Positions 13,301 through 28,199 of a stretch of DNA of 64,000 bases are shown one piece after another. The position numbers and the translations under genes are program-made. Position 1 is the stretch's first letter, and each line of letters begins with the position of its first letter. Source of the DNA: the human T2T-CHM13v2.0 reference genome, Homo sapiens. The stretch lies in the NCBI RefSeq assembly GCF_009914755.1, contig NC_060942.1; one strand, 5' to 3'. Under the pieces are notes generated by a model. That model searched no databases, was not told the DNA's origin, and worked only from the letters and a program-made list of their open reading frames with translations.

Positions 13301-15212
13301 AAAGATTTCACACAAACAGAAACCAAAAGTGAGCAAGAATAGCTGTACTTATATCAGACAAATCAGACTTCAAATGAAAAACTGTAAAAAGAGACAAAGG
13401 AAAACATATACTAAAAAAGATTAATTCAGTAAGAGAAAATTTGTAAACACATACACTCACATATATACCTAATGCCAGAGCACCCAGATATATAAAGCAA
13501 CTATTATTAGATCTAAAGAGAGATTGATCTAATACATTAATAGTTGTGGATGTTAACAACCCACTCTCAGCACTGGACAGACCACCTAGACAAAAACCCA
13601 ACAAAGAAATATGGGATCTAAATAGCACCATTGACCAAATGGACCTAACAGATATTTAGAGAATGTTTAGAGCTATTTCAATATTTAGAGAACATTTCAT
13701 TGAACAGCTGCAGAATACATTCTTTTCATCAGCACATGAAATATTCTCCAGGATCAATCATATGTTTAGACACAAAAAAATCTTAAAACATTTTTAAAAT
13801 TAAAATTAAAATTATATCAAGTATCTTCTCTGACCACTTACAAGAAAACTAGAAATTGATAATAAGTAGAAGATTAAAACTATACAAATGCATGGCATTT
13901 AAACAATATGCTTCTGAAAGACCAATGGGTGAAGGAAGAAATTAAGAATAAAATTGAAAAATTCACTGAAACAAATAAAAATAAAAAAATATATCAACAT
14001 TTATAGGGCACAGCAAAAGCAGTTTTAACAGCCAAGTTCATAGCACTAAATGCATACACTACTTAGAAAGATTTGAAATAAAAATGTAATGATCTCAAGG
14101 AACTAAAACAGCAAGAACAAAACAAACCCAAAGTTAGAAGGAAATAAATAATAAAGATGAAAGCAGAAATAAATGAAACTGAGACTAAAAATACAGTACA
14201 AAAATCAATGGAACAAAAAGTCGATGTTTTGAGAAAATAAACAAAATTGAGAAAAAGCTAGACTAAGAAAAAAAGAGAGAAGACATAAATGAATACAATC
14301 AGAAACAAAATGGAAACATCACAATAGATAACAACAGAAATAAAAAGGATCATTAGAAACTTCAATGAACAGTTATACACTAATAAATATGAAAACCTAG
14401 AGGAAATGGATACATACAATCTACCAAGATTGAATCAAGAAGAAAAGGAAAACGTAAGCAGGCCAATAACAAGTAACAAGATTGAATCAGTTCTAAAAAG
14501 TATTCCAACAGAGAAAAATTCAGGACTAGATGTCTTCACTGCTGAATTCTACTAACCTTTAAGGCAGAATTGAAACAATTTCTTCTGAAACTATTCCACA
14601 AAATTAAGGCAGAGAAAATTCTTCCTAGGTCATTCCATGAGGCCAGCATAACCTCAATATCAAATACACATGAGGAAAACAAAAAATTAAAACTGCAGGC
14701 CAATATGTATGAAAATAGAGGCAATAACTTAAACAAAACACTAGCAAACTGAATCCAACAGCGCATCAAAAAGATATTACACCATAATCAAGTGAAATTT
14801 ATCCAGGAATGAAAATATGGTTCAACACATGTAAATTAATAAATGTGATACATACATCAGCAGAAGAAAGGACAAAAAGCACATGGTTATCTTAATAGAT
14901 GCAGAAAAAGCATTTTATAAAATTCAACATCTCTTCATGATAAAACCTCATAATAAATTAGGTACAGAAGGAAAATATCTCAACACAATAAGGTCCATAT
15001 ATGACAAACCCACAACTAAGATCATACTGAGTGGGGAAAAGCTAAACGTCTTTCCTCTAGGAACTAAACAAGACAAGCAAGCCCACTCTTAACCAATCTC
15101 ATTCAATATACCACTAGAAGTCCTAGTCAGAGCAATTGGGCAAGAAAAATAAACAAAGGCATCCAAACTGAAAAGGAGAAAATCAAATTGACCCTCTTTG
15201 CAGATTATATGA

Positions 15213-15252
<40 letters not shown>

Positions 15253-17335
15253 AGAGACTCTACCAAAAAAATTGTAGAACTGATAAATTCCTTAAAGTTG
15301 CGAGATATAAAGTCAACATGAAAATTCAGTAGCATTTTTATACATGAACAATGAACTAGCTGAAAAAAATAAGATGGCCATCCTACTTACAATAGCTATA
15401 AAAAATAAAAATAAAATACTTAAGAATGAATTTAACTAACGAGGTGAAATATTTTTACAAGGAAATCTATGAAACATTGATAAAAGAAATTGAAGTGGAT
15501 ACAAACAAAATGGAAAAACATCCAATGCTCATGGATTGGAAAAATTAATATTGTTAAAATTAATATTGTTAAAAATTGATAAACAATTAATATTGTTAAA
15601 ATAGTATGTTAACCATACTATTCAAATCAATCTACAGATTCAATGCAATTCCTATAAAAATACCAAATATGTTCTTAATAGAAAAAGAAAAAATCATCTT
15701 AAAATGTGTATGGAACCCCAAAAGACTTCAAATTACCAAAGCATTCCTAGCAAAAAGATCAAAGCTGTAGACATTATACTACCAGACTTCAAAATTCACT
15801 ACAAAGCTGTGTTCAAAGATAGCATGGTACTGGCATAAAAACAGTCACATAGACCAGTTAAACAGAACAGAAAATCCAGAAATTAATTCACATATTTACA
15901 GCCAACTGATTTTTGACAAAGGCACCAAGAACCTACATTGGGAAAGGACAGTTTATTCAATAAATGGTGCTAGGAAAACTGGATATCCACCTGCAGAAGA
16001 ATGAAACTAGACCCTCTATACAAAAATCAGCTCCAAATGGGTCAAAGACCTAACTGTAAGACCCCAAACTACAAAACTACTAAGAGAAAACATAGGATAA
16101 ATGCTTCAGAACATTGGCCCAAGAAAAGATATTATTCCAAAGACCTCAAAAGCACAGGCAACAAAAACAAAAATAAACAAATTACATTATATTTAACTAA
16201 AAACCTTCTGCACAGCAAAGGGAACAGTCAACAGAGTGAAAATACCACCTAAAGAACAAGAGAAAATATTTATAATATTTTCATGCAACAGGGGATTAAT
16301 ATCCAGAATACACAAGGAACTCAAACATCTCAACAGCAAAAAAACAAAAAAAATCTGATTTAAAAATGGGCAAATGATCTAAACAGATATTTTTCAAAAA
16401 AAAAATCATACAAATTGCTAACAAATACAAGAAAAAAAGTTCAACATTACTAATTACCAGATAAATGCAAATCAAAACCACAACTGTATCATCAAACTCC
16501 AGTTAGGATGGATAGTATACAAATATGAAAAAATAACAAATGCTGGTGAGATGTGGAAAAAAGAGAATTCATATACTGTTGGTGGGAATTAAAATTAGTA
16601 CAGACACTATGGACAGCAGGACAGAGGTTCCTCAAAAAACTGCAAATAGGAGTACTGTATCATCCTGCAATCCCACTATTGTTTATTTATCCAAAGGAAA
16701 TTCATATATTGAAGAGACATCTGTATCCCCATGTTTTTTTTGTGGCACTATTCACAATAGCCAAGATGTGGAATCAAATTAGGTGTCCAACAACAGATAA
16801 ATGGATAACAGAAAGTGGTATATATACACAATGGAATACTATTGAGCCATAAGAAAGAATGAAATCCTATCATTTGCAGAAACATGGATGGAACTGGAGG
16901 ACATTATGTTAAGTGAAGTCACTCAGGAATAGAAAGTTAAATACTACATAATCTCATTCATATGTGAAAACGAACCAAAATTGATCTCACAAAAGTAAAA
17001 AGTAGAACAGAGAATACTGAAAAGTGGGGTGGGTTGGAAGAAGTAGGAGACAGAGATTTTTTAAAGGATGCTAAATGATGGCTAGATAGAAGGAATAAGT
17101 TCTTGTGTTCCATACCACTGTAGGATCACTATGGTTAAGAATAATATACATTTTCAAATAGCTAGAAAGATGATATTGAATATTTTCATCACAAAGAAAT
17201 GATAAATGTTTGAGATGATGGGTATGTTAATTACCCTAATCTGATCACTATATTATACATGTATGGCAATATCACTATGTACCCAATAAATATCTACAAT
17301 TATTATATGTCAATTTAAAAAATAAAATTAAAAAT
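10398..17335 (+). mobile_element. Near full-length (about 6.9 kb) decayed L1MA3-like LINE-1: 5' UTR, ORF1 (about 12020-12950), ORF2 (about 13113-16950), 3' UTR
   Basis: 5' end gtgacatcaacaagatggc. ORF1-like peptide MKKQGKMTPSKEDNNSP...MPEKEFKIII; ORF2 peptides [11 protein letters not shown] and IYDKPT; L1MA3-type 3' UTR gctagatagaaggaataagttc...gttaattaccctaatctgatc; A-rich tail. Many stops and frameshifts. Confidence 0.9.
15215..15248. repeat. (TG)n microsatellite inside L1 ORF2
   Basis: Read directly. Confidence 0.95.
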
Positions 17336-18146
17336 AACAGAAAAGGGGCACTCTATTATGGGCTGGCAAAGCAATTACAGTAGAGTTACATCAAACTTGC
17401 ATTGAATCTGTAAGTTCTATTTTATGGTATCAAAAAAATTTAGAAAAATAAATAATCCAGTGCAACATCTCTTTCATAAGTGAGTACCTCAGATAAATGA
17501 AGCAATATGTTCAAAGAATTAAATGTAGTTTGTGACAGCCACGGGGAAAATATGTGAAAGATGACAAAGGTTTCGAGTCAATTAGAAAAATTGAAATACA
17601 CAGTTAAGTGGCCAAGTAAGTGGATGATGATATCTTCATTGATATCCTCAAAGAAAAAAAAATTAACTGACCAAAATACAGAAATATATTGATATTATTT
17701 TAAAAATTATAAACATCTACAATATTATTGTATTGCTAAACCACAGAATCATATGCCTTGTATTTTAATTTATTCTATGCATGCTTACTTTGCTTACTCA
17801 CTTATCTCATAGAAGATATGATTAACCCATTCAACACCCATTAGGAGAGACATAGGTCATTTGAACAGCTGGATTCAATGTGGGAAAAACACCCCAATCT
17901 TTCAGTACAGAAACATTTACACATCCGAAATTCAGATATCACAAAGGAAAGTATTCATTGACGATAATGCTAGCAACAGATGTTGGAAATGGTGTACAGA
18001 CTGTATATTTTCTAGGTATTTTTTTTTGCTCATAAGTCTTTAAGAAAATAGCAAAGACAGGAGACACGTATGTGTGTAAGATGGATGAAAGCAGCCTGTT
18101 GAAGTGGCCCTGCAGGTGCAGTAAAGTGGGGTGGACTTTGCAAGTC

Positions 18147-18493
18147 TGATATGGTTTGGCTTTGTGTCCATACCCAAATCACACTTTGAATTGTAATAAT
18201 CCCCACATGTCAAGGGTGGGACCAGGTGGAGATAATTGAATCATGAGGCATTTCCCCCATGCTATTCTCATGATAGTGAGTAAGTTCTCATGTGATTTGA
18301 TGGTTTTATAAGGGGCTTCCCCATTTGCTTGGCTCTCTTTCCTGCCACCCTGTGAAGAGGTGCCTTCTGCCATAATTGTAAGTTTACTGAGGCCTCCCCA
18401 GCCATGCAGAACTGAGTCAATTAAACCTCTTTTCTTTATAAATTACTAAGTCTCAGGTATTTCTTCATAGCAGCGTGAGAATGGACTAATACA
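18147..18493 (+). mobile_element. THE1 (THE1C-like) MaLR solo LTR
   Basis: TGATATGGTTTGGCT...GGACTAATACA termini; 5-bp TSD aagtc/aagcc (1 mismatch). Confidence 0.92.
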
Positions 18494-19024
18494 AAGCCTC
18501 TACCACAAATGGCAGAGAGCTGCTAGCCAATACATCTCTCACTTAGGAGTGGGTTTGAAGCATGTGAGCAATTATTTCTGCAGAAATGTAGTCTACAAAT
18601 TTCCAGGTACTCTAGAATTCAACAACTCATAGGCCTACTAGAGGTACTTTCTATTCTCACATTACATAAGGTAGACGAACACCTCTCAGAATCCCTTCTT
18701 CCTACTACAGGCAGACATTATTATGTGTTAGATATATAGGATAAAGATGAACTGAGCACCACACTCCTGGTGCTCCAAGTAGTTTATGGTTGATAATAGC
18801 AAAAAGTAGAAACAATTGTGGATTAGCTACATTGAGCCCTCATCCTCTTCTATTCAAGCTGAGCCTTTGGAGAGAGGTGGTTTTCTTCTCATTTATAAGA
18901 AGTGAGTTTTTGAAAAGACTGTTAATCCTTAAATTAAAATCTAATTATCAAGATGAAATCGATACAATTCAGGTAAATTACTCTTTTTTTCATCATGAGT
19001 AAGAGGAACACAAAGATACACAAC

Positions 19025-19208
19025 CTTGAACTTTCTTCTCACTTCTGCTATTTTATCTTCCATTTCATCTGTCTTGTGTTTGGTTAGGTGGAAAAGAGTA
19101 CCAATGCGATAAGCCTCCTTATAGATGTTCTTGAGATGTTTATCATTCTTTAACTTCATTATTGTCAAATATTTTATTTCAGATTCGTATTTTGATTTTT
19201 TCCGTATG
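19025..19208 (-). CDS. CCDC178: CCDC178 internal coding exon (184 nt, phase 2-0): (S)IRKKSKYESEIKYLTIMKLKNDKHLKNIYKEAYRIGTLFHLTKHKTDEMEDKIAEVRRKFK
   Basis: Acceptor tttttgctttacttttacag|CATACGG, donor TTCAAG|gttgtg. Lies within ORF 18941..19225(-). Phase is compatible with both flanking exons (AG|C = Ser). Confidence 0.93.
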
Positions 19209-19601
19209 CTGTAAAAGTAAAGCAAAAATTAATATTATTGAGTATATAGTGAGACAAACATATTTAATAATAGTAAAAAAGAATAAGATCATATTTTATG
19301 TTGTCAAAAATACAAAATTGCTGGATAATTAGCTAAAACTTGAAGACAGAACATGTGTCCTAGGACTCCATTTATTCTGCTGCTTCTGATGGTTACCCCT
19401 AATTGTCAGGCTGTTTCCAATTTCAGAAGCATAAGAGCATCAATAAGAAAGGCTTGGGGAATCCGGGTGCTTGGCTTTTTGAACATTCAAAATCCCTTCT
19501 ATACTCCTTTCCATTTCAATTTGTGACTTCCATAAAGGTGTTTTTACGAGAGAATATGTTCAATGGAAAAGCCTAAACAAAAACCAAAGCATATACAAGA
19601 G

Positions 19602-19809
19602 CAAAGTTTCTCAACTTCGATATTATTAACATTTGTGGTGGCACAATTCTTTTTGTAGGTGGGATGTCCTGTGCATTGTAAGTAAGATATTTTGCAGCAT
19701 CTTCCACTAGATGCCAGCAGCACTGTCTCAGTTGTAGCAGCCAAAAATGTCTCCAGCCACTGCCAAAAATCCCCTAAAGGTACAAAATTATCCCTGTTGA
19801 GAACCACTT
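19602..19809. mobile_element. MER20 (hAT-Charlie)
   Basis: tttctcaac...gatgtcctgtgcattgt...ccactagatgccagcagcac...aaaaatgtctccag...gttgagaaccact. Confidence 0.88.
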
Positions 19810-19817
19810 GAATAAAG

Positions 19818-20182
19818 CAATGGTTCTCAACACTAACTCCACATTATAATAACCTGCAAAGCATTTAATAAAACTTTGTGCTTCTAAAAATGGATTAGTA
19901 GGCTTATAATAATATACAATAAATCTGGGGTAAAGCTCCAGCATCACTATTTTTAAGCACTCCATTTGATTCTAACATGCAACCAGAAAGCAAACTATAG
20001 ATATTAACTGGAGCGGTATCTAAACCTTGTATACACATAAAAATCACAGGGAGAGCTTTGAAAGTCACAGATTCCCAGGCTTCACTCTCAGAATGTGGTT
20101 CATTAGATGCAGGATGGGTCTGAGAATAGCTCCCAGGTTGATGACACTTGGTTGCAGATCACACTTCATTCAAGTAGCACTG
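19818..20182. mobile_element. Two adjacent MER5-family (hAT-Charlie) MITEs (about 19818-19995 and 20010-20182)
   Basis: caatggttctcaac...tgattctaacatgcaaccag; aaaccttg...aatcacagggagagcttt...cagattcccaggc...agtagcactgc. Confidence 0.7.
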
Positions 20183-20855
20183 CTCAAGAGGTTGGGGTGA
20201 ATACACATGATTAGCTTTCACTTAACAGAACACAGAGAAGATTGAATTAGTGTGGCCAAATCAGCTGATGATGAGCTGCATTGATCCTTCATTTTCACCT
20301 ATTCCAAAATAGGATGAAAGAATGATGTAGAAATAAGAATAAACATACATTCAAGGCAAGCAGGAGACATAGCTAGGCTCACAAACAAGGTAGAATAGAA
20401 ATGGGGTCAAAAATCAAAGCATAAGTAGAGGAGAAGAAGCATAAAACTAGCTGAAGGTGTTGCACCAGATGAGCGACCAGTGCAAGGTTCACTGACTCAT
20501 GACAGGGCTTTGCATGAGCTGTGCTTGATGTGAAAGGATCATTCACTGACTGGGGCTAAAGACACATAGAGAGCAAGGAGCAAAGGCATTGAGGAGAACA
20601 GATCCTGAGACCAATAACTCAACAATGCTGCCTATTGAATCAGTAATTGCAATAATGTTATCCCCAATATCATCTTTGTATGATCACTGGGAATCAGAAA
20701 AGATGACCATAAATGGAAGAATTTAAAGATTGGTTAATTGGGACCAAGTAGGGTGAGGTAGAAGCAATGACATAATTTCAATTGGAAAGAGATAAACAAG
20801 AAGATATGTGTGTAGGAGAGAGAGGGGTGTATGTGTATATATGTAAGTGTGTTAC

Positions 20856-20856
<1 letters not shown>

Positions 20857-20891
<35 letters not shown>

Positions 20892-20920
20892 CAGAGTCAG
20901 AGAGACAGAGACAGAGAGAG
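20857..20920. repeat. (TG)n(AG)n compound microsatellite
   Basis: Read directly. Confidence 0.93.
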
Positions 20921-21354
20921 AAAAGAGACCTGCTTATTTAGAATGGGAGGCCTCAAAAAGGACACCAAAACATATTAAGAAATATCTTGTTTCCAAAGAC
21001 CTAGCAATCAGAGTGTGAACCCAAAGCACTTTAGGTGATACTGATTTTATGAAACATTCTGACAAAGAACTTAAAATAAGTATATTTAAAATGCTCAAAG
21101 ATCTAAGTAAAGAAATCACTGATTTTGTAAAAGGAAAAGAAATTTTGACACACAGCAGAAATTAGACAAAAATAGATAGATGGGGAAGACAACAAATTTT
21201 AAGGAATAATGAAAAGAAATATGGACAGAAATAATTAAAATAGTTTTGAAATAGAACCAAAAAACCCCAAATTGAGAAGAGACAAAGAGAGTTTTGGATT
21301 AATAGGAAGGAATGAAGTACTAAGGTATTTACTCAAATAACACAAAAAATATGG

Positions 21355-21640
21355 GGTGTGTGTGCAAGCACACACAATATATATGTGTGGCACGTTTGTG
21401 TCTATACATAGTGTATGTATACTTTTGAGTCTATGGGTACTTATGTTTGTGTACACATGCATATTTGTGCTTGTGTAAACTTTTTGTGTTTACTGTGTAC
21501 ATATGTGTATATGTGTGTTAATCTTTGTGTATGTATGTGTATATATGTTGTGCATGTTTATACATGTATTTGTTTTGTGGAAAACACAGTCCACGCATTA
21601 AATGGAGTGGGATGAATGTGTGGTGTGTGTTTGAGTATGT
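21355..21640. repeat. Degenerate (TG/TA)n low-complexity tract
   Basis: Read directly. Confidence 0.8.
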
Positions 21641-22050
21641 GTTAAGCGACATTCCAGTTGATTTTCAGAAGGAACAATAATAAGGTATGTTGTGTAAAGA
21701 CTAGAGAAATTTTCCATACTCCCTATGAAGATTAGTTTAAAAATGCGAGAAATTTCTAGACTTGAGAAAAAAATAGGACCACAGACCAGATAACAAAATC
21801 AATTGTGAGTACTGAACATTATAAAAATAAAAAATCTATAGCTAAAGATATTGTGATAAAACAGCAGAATATTAAAGATACTTATTAAGGACATACAAAG
21901 TGATGTAATAAATGCCAAAAGAAAATTATTATCTTCAAATCTAAGCAAAAATAAATGTGAAGCTATAGTTCCATACATTGCCAAATTATTATTCAACATT
22001 GATGAGCTAAACTGACGTAGCTTAAGAAAATTTACCAGAAAGCCTTTATT

Positions 22051-23846
<1,796 letters not shown>

Positions 23847-25278
23847 CTTTATTAAAATAACTATTAAAGAATCATTTTAGCCACTGGAAAGTGAACAAAA
23901 AGGATAAACAAGATGATATAAAAACAAAAATGAATGAGAAATGTCAACAAATATATGTATTGATTGTGAAAAATTATTATTTAAAAGTGAAACTAAGGCA
24001 CCAGATAACTATTTTAAAAATAGGACAAGTGTAAAGATGTTCAATAGTAATTTATTTTTTGCAAAAATATGTGTAATGCTCAGGAGGACAGTAGAAAAAC
24101 TAAATAATTCCAGATTAATTTAAAATGTCTAGAATTATCTAAACATGTTTTAAAACTAGTGTCACTAATTAGGCTTATCATAATACTATGTTTAAAAAAT
24201 AAGCTCCACTGCTGCCTAAAAAATAAAGACTGGGGACTAAACCACTCAAAAATTTGAAAATAAACATTAGTGCAGCAACAGTAATATCACAAAATATAAT
24301 TTAATGAGAAAATCATGAATAAGAAACAAGGTAAAAGTAGATAATAAAAGAAAACAATTCAACAAGAAATGAAATATTTATTTAAGTCAATGTCTCTGAC
24401 TATGTATTTTCAAAATATGTAATAAAATTGCAGAATTATAAGAAGCAATTCACAAATCAACTATCAGACTCCTATCGGAACATCATAGGACAGGAAATAG
24501 GATAGATAGGTAGCAGGTGTATATAGCAAAACTATACCCGAAAAATTTCAGTACCAAAACCCAACAAGGATCATCAAATTGAAAAGTCTTACTTAGTACT
24601 AAACTGAAAAAATTACACACACACACATAGCTACAAACAAAATTGTGAAATTTCAGAACTCTTAAGAAAAGAAAATTCTGAAGTTCCCAGAGAGAAAAGA
24701 CAAATTATTTACAAAGAAATTATATCCAAAATGTCATCAGATGTCCTACCAAGCAAAACTGAATAAGAAAACAATAAAAAAACCTTCAAATTAAGGAGAA
24801 AAATTGACACTGGATCCAGAATATGACACGGAGATAAGCCTGGTTGAGTGGATTCAATAGAGAATTAACTGTGAGTTCACAGAAATAGACGTGTTTATTT
24901 TTTAAAGTTTTGCTACAAAAAAAATAGAAAGAGATGAGTTACAGGACTAAGGTTTATTTTGTGTTTTCATACTTTATAAAATGAGCAATATTATGCAAAG
25001 CTCATGGGCTGCTAAAGATGAATAATGATTCATGGGAAAAAGGATATACTCGTATTGTGTACCAGTAAGCTGGTAAGAGATTGAGATAATTCTCATTCAT
25101 TATATCTATACTCCCTATGAAGAGGATGATTAGTTTAAATTGAGGATAATATGGTTATTAGGAGTCAAGAGAGGGAGAAGATATAAAACAGTCATCAGAA
25201 AAGTGGAATTGTCTAGAAATTTCTTGGTCGTGCTGAATATCACTCAAGATTTATGGTCACAGAATTTAAGTTCTACTC

Positions 25279-25590
25279 AGAAGTAAATTTATTGTGCTGC
25301 TAATGAAGCTTAAACATGAGGGCCTCTAATTGGCCCCAGTCCCTTACAAAGTCCTTCGAGTGTCTCCCTAGCAGTGTTTTCACATGGTCATATGTTTTTA
25401 TAAAGTTTGTAGAAACAAGATATTTTAATCAAAATTGATGAAGATCATTCTCTCTTTCTAATACAAGGTCTCCTCTCTCAAGTGGTATTCAAGTAACTGT
25501 GGGCATTTTGTATTCATAATATTGTTTTCTTTTATCTACTGCCCCCATATACTATAACCTCTAGGGCCCACCAAACCAGGATCCACCCTG
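25279..25590. mobile_element. Arthur1/MER69-like hAT-Tip100 element
   Basis: gctaatgaagcttaaacatgagggcc at one end and gggccccaccaaaccaggatccaccctg at the other. Confidence 0.7.
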
Positions 25591-27529
25591 TGAGGCTACT
25601 TAGCATACTTGTGTTTTATTTTAGCCACATTCAGCTGCTAGGAAAAGTTCAATGAAGAAAGCTGCTGGTTTAGTTAGGGATAGGGCTTTTCAAGTCATAA
25701 AAACACAGTCTTGAATGTTATTTAAATATGTGCTTATTTTGATCCAATGTAACTAGGTTCTGTAAGAAGGGAAAGAAGGACAATAAGGTGGGATATAAAA
25801 ATGTAGTAAGGATGATAGTTTGGTCATCATAGTGTCAAATATTTGTTAGAGTGAGGGTGCTAGTAGAGTAAGTTAGAAAAAGAGGTATTGGTTATCTGAA
25901 AGCGGATAATTAAAATTGAGACCAGGAAATAACTCAATTCTTGGAAATGACAAAAACAGAGTAAAACTATAAGAGAAGGTGGTTGGTGTAGGACGGAAGA
26001 AAAGATTGTTGAAAATGAGAAAGCTAATGGATTGAAAATCTAAGTTCTTGCATGGACTGTATCACCCAAATTCATATTTCAATGCCTCTGCAGAGGTAGA
26101 AAGTAGGAATAGAAAGTATAATTTATTTTTAGTATTCAACTCTTGGAAAAAAAAGTCTAAAATGGGCTAACTAACATGTGGGTGAGTAGTTAATTTTAGA
26201 TGATGTATATATCATTTTAATGCATTATTTGTATACTTTTATCTTTTAATGTCTGAAAAAATTAAAAACCAAAAGTAAAATCATTTAAAACATTGATGCA
26301 AAAGTTTGTTGTGCAATGCTGGAAAAAGAAGAATTTGACACTTCTGTGAAGCAACTCAAATTAATAGACTGGTAAGACATAGCTAAATGGGTATGAAAAA
26401 CACAGCACCCTGTGGATTCATTCTAGGTATTCCAGGCTATTTAACAACTTCAGTAATATTCGAATTGCTATCTCTACAAATAAATCACCACACTGTTACT
26501 TCTTAAAAAACAAACTTCATAAAATATGCCAATATATCTCTATATTATTCAATAGCTTTTTTGCTCATTTCCCTCAATTACCAACCCCATCTTTGGCTCA
26601 CTGCAGTTACAATGGCATTGTCTTGCTTAAGATACAGTTGAACACTAGAAATAGATATTTAGAATATTTTACAGAGCTTGAATGTAAGAAAATGACTATA
26701 TAGAAATTCATACCACACAGTTAATTTCAAGCAAACTAAATCTAAGTTAATCAATTTCAAATCATTTTAAACAAGCTCATTTTCCTTGACTTAGGTTTTT
26801 GAACCCTGCCTATCATGTGAATAAGCAATCAAGTAAAATTGTTTGCTCAAGTCAAATGTCCCAAATGTAAAGGGTCTATTTCTAATGGATGCTCATTGGT
26901 TTGAAAGACAAAATTACCAAATTATAAACTGCTTCTGCAAGGTAAACAATCATATCATCATCGTTGTCACAAAAAGGTCTAGTAAGTATTTGTATGTATA
27001 GGATAACTGAACAAAGTCTGTTAACAAATATGGCATCTGTGTTTTAACGTTGGCATTCTGAAGGTAAACTATATATGAACAGTATACCATATATTGCAGT
27101 AATTATGTAATTTATTTAAACAGTGTAAAAGTCTGGAAATGACATCAAATGTTGAGATAGTTTTCTAATGGAATCTTAGTGTACATAACAGTTCCAATAT
27201 GAGGATGTTTCATGGGGATATTCACTAGACTTATGAAATCAGTGATTTGCTTTTTAACCATTAAATTATGTTTGGACTTAAGGAAAAAGAGAAACTGGGA
27301 CTAAGGGGAAGGTGATTCAGATAAATGGTAGAGTTAAAAAAGATAAAAAATAAAGGAGAGAGTAAGAAGAACAGAGCTTTCTGAGATAAACAATGGATAT
27401 AGTCAAATGTAGAGATGGAGAATTAAGTTAAACCATAAGCTTTTGATTTTTTTTGAAGTAGGTTTTGTGTCCAAAATCTTCTGCAACATGTCAGAAATAA
27501 GAATCAAGACTTACCTAACGGAAGAGAAG

Positions 27530-27720
27530 AGGCTGTGTTGCTAAGTGGAAAGAACATAAATGTTGGAGTTAAGTAGACCTGTATTCAAATCCTGATTGCT
27601 CCTTATGTAATTGGGGAGGATGGTTTCATACTCAATATCCTTATCTGTAAGATTAATTTAATAATACCTATCATCAAAGTTGTAATCAAGATTAAATAAA
27701 TTGAGGGTAATATATACATA
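27530..27720 (+). mobile_element. MIR SINE remnant
   Basis: agtggaaagaacataaatgttggagttaagtagacctgtattcaaatcctg...ccttatctgtaa. Confidence 0.7.
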
Positions 27721-28033
27721 CTGCTTACCTGCACTGAATAACATAAATGATTCAATAAAGTTTTTATTAATTAAAATAGTATATAAAGACTGCATGACTC
27801 TTTATAGTGTTCTCTGCTTTAGTGAGATGACGCACAATGAGAGGGAAAAAATATAAGAAAAATAATCATTAGTCTTGCTTTGGAACAGAAAGAGACACAA
27901 GTGGATGTGACATCAGAATACATAGCACAGAGAATAGGAGGACGGAGATACTGAAGCAAAGGAAGAACTAAGAATAAACTTTTATATTTAGCTATCATTC
28001 ATTCATTATGTCATTTATTCAACATCTATTGAG

Positions 28034-28036
<3 letters not shown>

Positions 28037-28082
<46 letters not shown>
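28037..28082. repeat. (CA)n microsatellite (about 23 units)
   Basis: Read directly. Confidence 0.97.
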
Positions 28083-28084
<2 letters not shown>

Positions 28085-28199
28085 TACATATAATGAAGGC
28101 AATTAAGCAGCTCAGGCCAGACAGGAAGCAACAAATAAGCAAACCGGCAGTAACTGTACATAGTGTGGAAAGTGCTAAAAGGGAAGTATGGAACCAAGG

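Noticed and set aside
18510-18520. CTCF-like ccacaaatggcag just after the THE1 LTR (about 18503-18515)
   Set aside because: It lacks the conserved G of the core and is one base short.
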